Shown here: positions 59,545 through 64,000 of the stretch, piece after piece
Position numbering within the stretch: position 1 is the stretch's first letter
Layout of the letters: the number at the start of each line of letters is the position of its first letter
Virus record (IMG/VR): IMGVR_UViG_3300032157_000005
Span: 1-64,000 of that record
Source of the DNA: a virus
Reading direction: 5' to 3' (one strand)
Length of the DNA: 64,000 nucleotides
The notes under the pieces: model-generated
Database searches by the model: none
Told to the model about the DNA's origin: nothing
Seen by the model: the letters and a program-made list of their open reading frames with translations, nothing else
Position numbers and translations under genes: made by a program

Positions 59545-62500
59545 CGCGAAGCTGGACACCCCCGACCCCGAACGGATTCTGGCCGGAACTGACCGTGGTG
59601 GGGGAACGAATCTTCCTAGCCTACGGGAACGCCCAGGTGTATCTGACCGAATTCCGATGGTCCCCGGTGGCCGGCCTGGTGCAGGTCCGGCATCAGCTGA
59701 TCGACGGGGATCGGGCCTGGATGCCCTGCTGGATCCGGCCGGGCATCCTGACCTGGTTTTCCGAACAGACGAACATCCGGTGGGAACTGGACGCGACGGC
59801 GGCCGACTGGCGGCCCGTGGCGACAGCCGACGACCCGGCGATGGTGCGGCAGAACCCGACCCCGAAGTGGGCCGACGGCGGCCACTGGTGCGGCTGGCTG
59901 GCGGACCGGGGGACGGACTTCCGGCTGGTCTGGGACGGCCAGGTGAAGGGGCTGCTGAAGGGGCCCGGTCACGTGGCCGGCCCGTTCCTGGCGGCATCGG
60001 ACAGCTACCCGGACCCGAACAATGCGATCCAGACCTGGAAGGACGGGAAGCCGGGCCCGGTGCATCCGTGCCTGACACCCCTGAACTACCTATCGGTCGG
60101 CCCCGACGGACACCTGGCCTATGGGTTCGTGGACCTGGCATTCATCGACCCGTCGGGCACGAACCAGCGGATCGCGTGCACCCCGTGGCGGACCGAAGGG
60201 GTCGGAGCCTTCAGCCGACATCCCGACGGCACCCCCTGGGTGGCCACCCTGACCTGGAACGACCCGACCGGCTACGTGGCCGTCCTGCTGCGGCCCTGGC
60301 CGGATGGGGGCATGCCAGGGAAGGCGGCCCTGGTAGTAGAAGCGGCGGCGATCCATGTGTCGTTCCTTCCGTTCGGGGACCAGTGGCTGGTGGCCACCTG
60401 CGGCGACCGTGGCCAGGGCCAGCTGCAGGCGGTGCCCCTGAACACTCCCCTGCAGGTGCTGCAGCCCCGAGTGCCGGCCCAGGGGACGAAATACCTGGGC
60501 TACTACTACGCGGCCGGCCGGTATGGTGACTTCCGACCGATGCAAAATTGCACCCAGCTGGCCCTGGACAACTTCAGCGTGGACACCGTGATCCCCCCGG
60601 ACGCCCCGGCGCGGATGCGGGCGGCAGCCCTGCAGGCCGGCGCGATCTTCATCGGGAACCGGGCGGCTGACTACGGCGCGATGTCCAGCCGGTGGGACCT
60701 GGTGCACGGCATCATGCTGCCGGAAGGGACCGTGGCCGGCATGGAAGCCTGGGCCAGGGAAGTCCGGCAGGACCTGGCCAGTTTCCAGCTGGCGGCCAAG
60801 CCGGTGATCGGGACGGTGATGCCCACCCAGGTCTTCGATCCCGGCTGGCGAGTGCCGGCGGGCGTGGACGCCCTGGCCGTGGAAATCTACTTCGACGGCC
60901 CGGCCCCGACCTACGGCGACCAGCTGCGGGTGACGGCCCAGCGGATCGACCAGGTGCTGGCCCGGACGGTGCCGGTGCCGGTGATCCTGGTGCCCCAGTG
61001 CTACGACCGGAACGGGAAGCCCCAGTGGCAGACCCAGGCCGGGATCGATGCGATGGAAGCGATCACGGCGGCCTGCCTGGCTGTGACCCACCCCAGGGTC
61101 CTGGGCTGCTGGTGGTTCGCGTATAGTCGGCCGGGCGGGGTTCGGGACTACCCGGTCCTGGAAACCTGGCACCGGCCGGCGGTGGCACAGGCGACCCGGC
61201 CGGCGGGCCTGCCGGTGAAGCCGGACGGCGGCCACCTGACGGCGACGATCACGGGCTACAGCCCGAACGCGGGGGACGCCCCCCTGGCGGTGACAGCGGT
61301 GGCGAAGGTGACCAGCGGCCAGGCCGACCGGCTGATCTGGCGGTGGCGGACGGTCGGCAGTTCCACGTGGAACGTGGACGCGGTGAACAGCCCGAGCGAT
61401 CCGGACCATACCTACCGGTTCGCCCTGCCGGGCAGCTATGAAATCAGCCTGCGGGTCGAAGGCCCGGCGGGCGCGGATGAAACCGGCCTGCAGCGGCTGG
61501 TGACCGTTTCCGAAAAGGACGACCCTGTGGATCCCGACCAGCCGACCGACACGATCACGTTCCTTTGCCACGACGGGGTGCACAACCTGGCGGTGGAAGC
61601 CGGCGGCCCGAACCGACTGGTGGCGACCCGAACCCCAGACCAGCAGCCGGGCAGCCAGCGGTTCACGGTGGTGAAGGCGAACGGGCCCGACCCGGCCCTG
61701 GCCTACGTGGGGTTCCAGGGACCGAACGGCCGGTGGGTGTCGGCCGAGCAGGACGGCACCCTGACCTGTAACCGGGAACGGCCCGACGGCTGGATCCCGG
61801 AAGCCTGGGAAGCGTTCGAACACCGAGCGATGCCCGGCGGCGCGGCGGCCTTCCGGACGTGGCGCGGCCTGTGGGTCACGGCCGAAGGCGGCGGCGGCGG
61901 CGACGTGACGGCGATCCCCAGGGGCGGCAGCGACCAGGATCCGGGGATCTGGGAAACCTTCATGCCCAGCAGCCCGATCAGCGGCGGGGGGTCCGGCGGC
62001 GGGGGCACCCTGGTCGGCCGGCACGGCATCGTCCGGGCATCGGGCCAGGTGCTGGTGGATGACGACGGCCCGTTCCTGGCCATCGGCACCACCCTGTTCC
62101 CCCTGGGGAACCGGTTCAAGTTCGCCCTGGACCAGCTGCGGCAGAACCTGGCCTACCTGAAGGGGAAGGTGCATTACGTGCGGGCCCTGGCCGTGGTCGG
62201 CGGGAAGTCCTGGGAAGACCGGCCGATGGATCCTACGTGGCCGGACTGGGCCCAGGTGATCGCGGGCGCGACGGACCTGGCATATGACGACTACGGCATC
62301 CGGGTGCAGTGGTCCGTCTTCGGCGGCCTGGACTTCTGCCCGAAGCGGGAAGACCGGGACCGGGTGGTCCAGCAGCTGGGCCAGGTGATCGCGGCGCGGC
62401 CCCACAAAGTGATCAGCATCGAAGTGATGAACGAAGCCTGGCAGAACGGGTTCGGGGACAAGCGGGACGAAGCGAAGGCCCACTGCCGGACCCTGCGGCA

Positions 62501-63266
62501 GCTGACCCCGTGCCTGGTGTCGGTCACGGCCCCGGCCGAGCAGCCGAGCGAAGCGGCGATGGCGGCCGAAATCGAATCGTGGTATCGGGACGCGAACGCG
62601 ACAGCGATCCCTGGCCACCTGTCCCGATCCCAGAACGGCAGCGGCGGCCTGTGGCGGCCGGTGCGGCAGCCCTGGGAAGTGCAGTTCTGGGGCGGGAATC
62701 CGCCCCGGCTGTGGGACGACCAGGAACCCATCGGGCCGAAGTCGTCCGTGGCCCAGGACGACGATCCGGAACGGCTGGCCACGTCGGCGGCGGTGGCGTG
62801 GACCTGCGGGATGGCGAAGTATCTGCTGCACACGGGCGCGGGGGTGCGGCTGGGCGGCGCGGCCGACCAGGGCCGGCGCGAAGCGAACATCTACGAAGTC
62901 ACGAACATCGACGCGATCCTGGGCGGGATCAACCGGATGCACGCGATCATGCCGGCGGACGCCCCGGCCGGCAGCCGGCAGAACAGCAATGTGAAGTTCC
63001 CGGACCACCCGTTCGACTACCGGGAACTGCCGGAAGACAAGGTGCTGCGGGTCTACGCGACGAACCTGGGGGACCGGTTCGTGGCCTGCTGCATCCAGGT
63101 GATGGCGACGATCAACCTGAAGGCGAAGCGGAACATGCACGTGAAGGTCTACCACCCGGTCAGCGGCGATCTGCTGATCGACCAGGACCTGGCGGCTGGC
63201 CAGGCGGTGCAGGTCAGCGGGCCCCCGGCCGGCGCGGGCTACGTGGTGATCGGGAACTACCGGTAA
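59541..63266 (+). CDS. 1241-aa multidomain protein: N-terminal beta-rich region, TIM-barrel-like region, PKD domain, beta-trefoil-like region, GH5-like glycosidase region
   Basis: ATGA overlap at Met45 of ORF 59409..63266. PKD-like DAPLAVTAV..DPDHTYRF..GSYEISLRVEG (about 61230-61510). C-terminal ISIEVMNEAWQNG and DDQEPIG resemble clan GH-A acid/base and nucleophile strands. Confidence 0.7.
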   Translation: MTRSWTPPTPNGFWPELTVVGERIFLAYGNAQVYLTEFRWSPVAGLVQVRHQLIDGDRAWMPCWIRPGILTWFSEQTNIRWELDATAADWRPVATADDPAMVRQNPTPKWADGGHWCGWLADRGTDFRLVWDGQVKGLLKGPGHVAGPFLAASDSYPDPNNAIQTWKDGKPGPVHPCLTPLNYLSVGPDGHLAYGFVDLAFIDPSGTNQRIACTPWRTEGVGAFSRHPDGTPWVATLTWNDPTGYVAVLLRPWPDGGMPGKAALVVEAAAIHVSFLPFGDQWLVATCGDRGQGQLQAVPLNTPLQVLQPRVPAQGTKYLGYYYAAGRYGDFRPMQNCTQLALDNFSVDTVIPPDAPARMRAAALQAGAIFIGNRAADYGAMSSRWDLVHGIMLPEGTVAGMEAWAREVRQDLASFQLAAKPVIGTVMPTQVFDPGWRVPAGVDALAVEIYFDGPAPTYGDQLRVTAQRIDQVLARTVPVPVILVPQCYDRNGKPQWQTQAGIDAMEAITAACLAVTHPRVLGCWWFAYSRPGGVRDYPVLETWHRPAVAQATRPAGLPVKPDGGHLTATITGYSPNAGDAPLAVTAVAKVTSGQADRLIWRWRTVGSSTWNVDAVNSPSDPDHTYRFALPGSYEISLRVEGPAGADETGLQRLVTVSEKDDPVDPDQPTDTITFLCHDGVHNLAVEAGGPNRLVATRTPDQQPGSQRFTVVKANGPDPALAYVGFQGPNGRWVSAEQDGTLTCNRERPDGWIPEAWEAFEHRAMPGGAAAFRTWRGLWVTAEGGGGGDVTAIPRGGSDQDPGIWETFMPSSPISGGGSGGGGTLVGRHGIVRASGQVLVDDDGPFLAIGTTLFPLGNRFKFALDQLRQNLAYLKGKVHYVRALAVVGGKSWEDRPMDPTWPDWAQVIAGATDLAYDDYGIRVQWSVFGGLDFCPKREDRDRVVQQLGQVIAARPHKVISIEVMNEAWQNGFGDKRDEAKAHCRTLRQLTPCLVSVTAPAEQPSEAAMAAEIESWYRDANATAIPGHLSRSQNGSGGLWRPVRQPWEVQFWGGNPPRLWDDQEPIGPKSSVAQDDDPERLATSAAVAWTCGMAKYLLHTGAGVRLGGAADQGRREANIYEVTNIDAILGGINRMHAIMPADAPAGSRQNSNVKFPDHPFDYRELPEDKVLRVYATNLGDRFVACCIQVMATINLKAKRNMHVKVYHPVSGDLLIDQDLAAGQAVQVSGPPAGAGYVVIGNYR

Positions 63267-63290
63267 CAAACGAAAGGACAGGGACAAAAC

Positions 63291-63989
63291 ATGGGGAGAC
63301 TGGAAGCAAAACACTGGGGCCTGATCGCGGCCTTCCTGGCGGCGACGGCCACGGCGATGGCGGGCCTGGATCACTGGGGTGATGCCACGAAGCCGGCGGT
63401 GGTGGCGGGGTTCATCGGCCAGCTGGCGGTCCTGATCGGCAGCCTGTTCGCGGGAGCCCCCCCGAACCCGAACCACGATCCCCTGGACAACCCAGGGCGG
63501 CGGGTGACCGACCCGACGAACCGGCCGGCGGCCGGCCTGCTGCTGGTCCTGGCGGTGCCGGCGATGCTGGCGGCGGCGGCCTGTGCCGGGAACCAGGCCC
63601 CCCAGCTGTCCCCGGTCGGGCGGACGGCGGTGCAGGCCCGAGCGGTGATCCGGGCGGCGGACGCGGTGGTCACCGGTATCGACGTGGCCATGACGAACAA
63701 GCAGCTGCCGGCGGCGACCGGGATCAAGATCCTGCAGGCGATCCGGCAGGTCGGGGTCCAGGGCCAGACCCTGGCGGACGCCCTGGACGTGGCGGCCCTG
63801 GCCCAGGATGCGACGGCGAAGCAGAAGGGCCTGGACGCGGCGCGGGCAGCCCTGGCGGCCATCCAGGCTACACTGGTGGGGGCGGTCAGTCCGATCACGG
63901 ACCCGGCGACCCGGACCCAGGTGGACAGCCTGCTGAAGCAACTGACGGACTCCGTGCTGCTGGTCCAGCAACTGCTGGCGGCGGTCTGA
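63291..63989 (+). CDS. Membrane protein with two N-terminal TM segments and an internal lipoprotein-type signal (lipobox Cys98)
   Basis: WGLIAAFLAATATAMAGL, AVVAGFIGQLAVLIGSLFAG, then RPAAGLLLVLAVPAMLAAAAC followed by a helical Ala/Gln-rich region. In-frame GTG at 63504. Confidence 0.6.
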   Translation: MGRLEAKHWGLIAAFLAATATAMAGLDHWGDATKPAVVAGFIGQLAVLIGSLFAGAPPNPNHDPLDNPGRRVTDPTNRPAAGLLLVLAVPAMLAAAACAGNQAPQLSPVGRTAVQARAVIRAADAVVTGIDVAMTNKQLPAATGIKILQAIRQVGVQGQTLADALDVAALAQDATAKQKGLDAARAALAAIQATLVGAVSPITDPATRTQVDSLLKQLTDSVLLVQQLLAAV

Positions 63990-64000
63990 CGAAAGGACGA

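Larger units (their letters stand above)
1..64000 (+). mobile_element. Tailed-phage (siphovirus-type) genome or prophage segment with a unidirectional gene array
   Basis: Terminase, portal, MuF, HK97-type capsid, tail tube, frameshifted chaperone, tape measure, hub and endolysin occur in canonical order. All are on the + strand, with pervasive start-stop overlaps. No sheath gene was seen. Confidence 0.85.

Noticed and set aside
1-64000. Integrase, excisionase, att sites or a CI-type repressor that would define this as a prophage with visible borders.
   Set aside because: I recognised no tyrosine or serine recombinase motifs and no flanking host genes in the window. The lifestyle and element ends therefore cannot be decided from this window.

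Overview
This 64-kb high-GC window reads as most of a tailed-phage genome or prophage. It is siphovirus-type: there is a 1275-aa tape measure and no sheath gene. Every credible gene is on the + strand. Genes are tightly packed, with many ATGA/GTGA/TGATG start-stop overlaps. The large minus-strand and alternate-frame ORFs in the track look like high-GC artefacts.

Gene order:
- 1-6.6 kb: a 5'-truncated AAA+ ATPase and small early genes. This includes a DUF932 gene with its own promoter and terminator.
- 6.7-12.3 kb: recombination genes (RecT-like annealase, Cas4-like PD-(D/E)XK nuclease, SMC/Rad50-like ATPase).
- 12.3-14.3 kb: replication genes (HTH protein, replisome-organiser-like protein, DnaC-like loader).
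- 14.3-18.7 kb: nucleic-acid enzymes (HNH, cold-shock domain, ASCH, Gp37/Gp68-DUF5131, VRR-NUC, MT-A70 methyltransferase).
- 18.7-23.7 kb: small genes.
- 23707-25275: large terminase.
- 25.3-33.4 kb: an approximately 8-kb accessory and fibre-like block lying between terminase and portal.
- 33.5-45.9 kb: head module (portal, MuF-HExxH fusion, ECF-sigma cassette, protease-capsid fusion).
- 46-58.4 kb: tail module (tail tube, G/GT chaperone with a -1 frameshift site, tape measure, hub protein, fibres).
- 58.4-64 kb: lysis-type region (SleB-like hydrolase, 1241-aa multidomain glycosidase-like protein, membrane/lipobox protein).

I found no integrase, tRNA, rRNA or CRISPR array.

The signals most worth follow-up:
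- A perfect 16-nt element present three times at module junctions.
- An ECF-sigma cassette insulated by hairpins inside the structural operon.
- A family of related terminators sharing an 18-mer and an 11-nt loop sequence.
- A virion MuF protein fused to an HExxH domain.
- A nuclease / small protein / SMC-ATPase triad resembling Lamassu or DdmABC.
- The split of receptor-binding genes away from the tail module.

All functional calls come from motifs read by eye. No database search was run.
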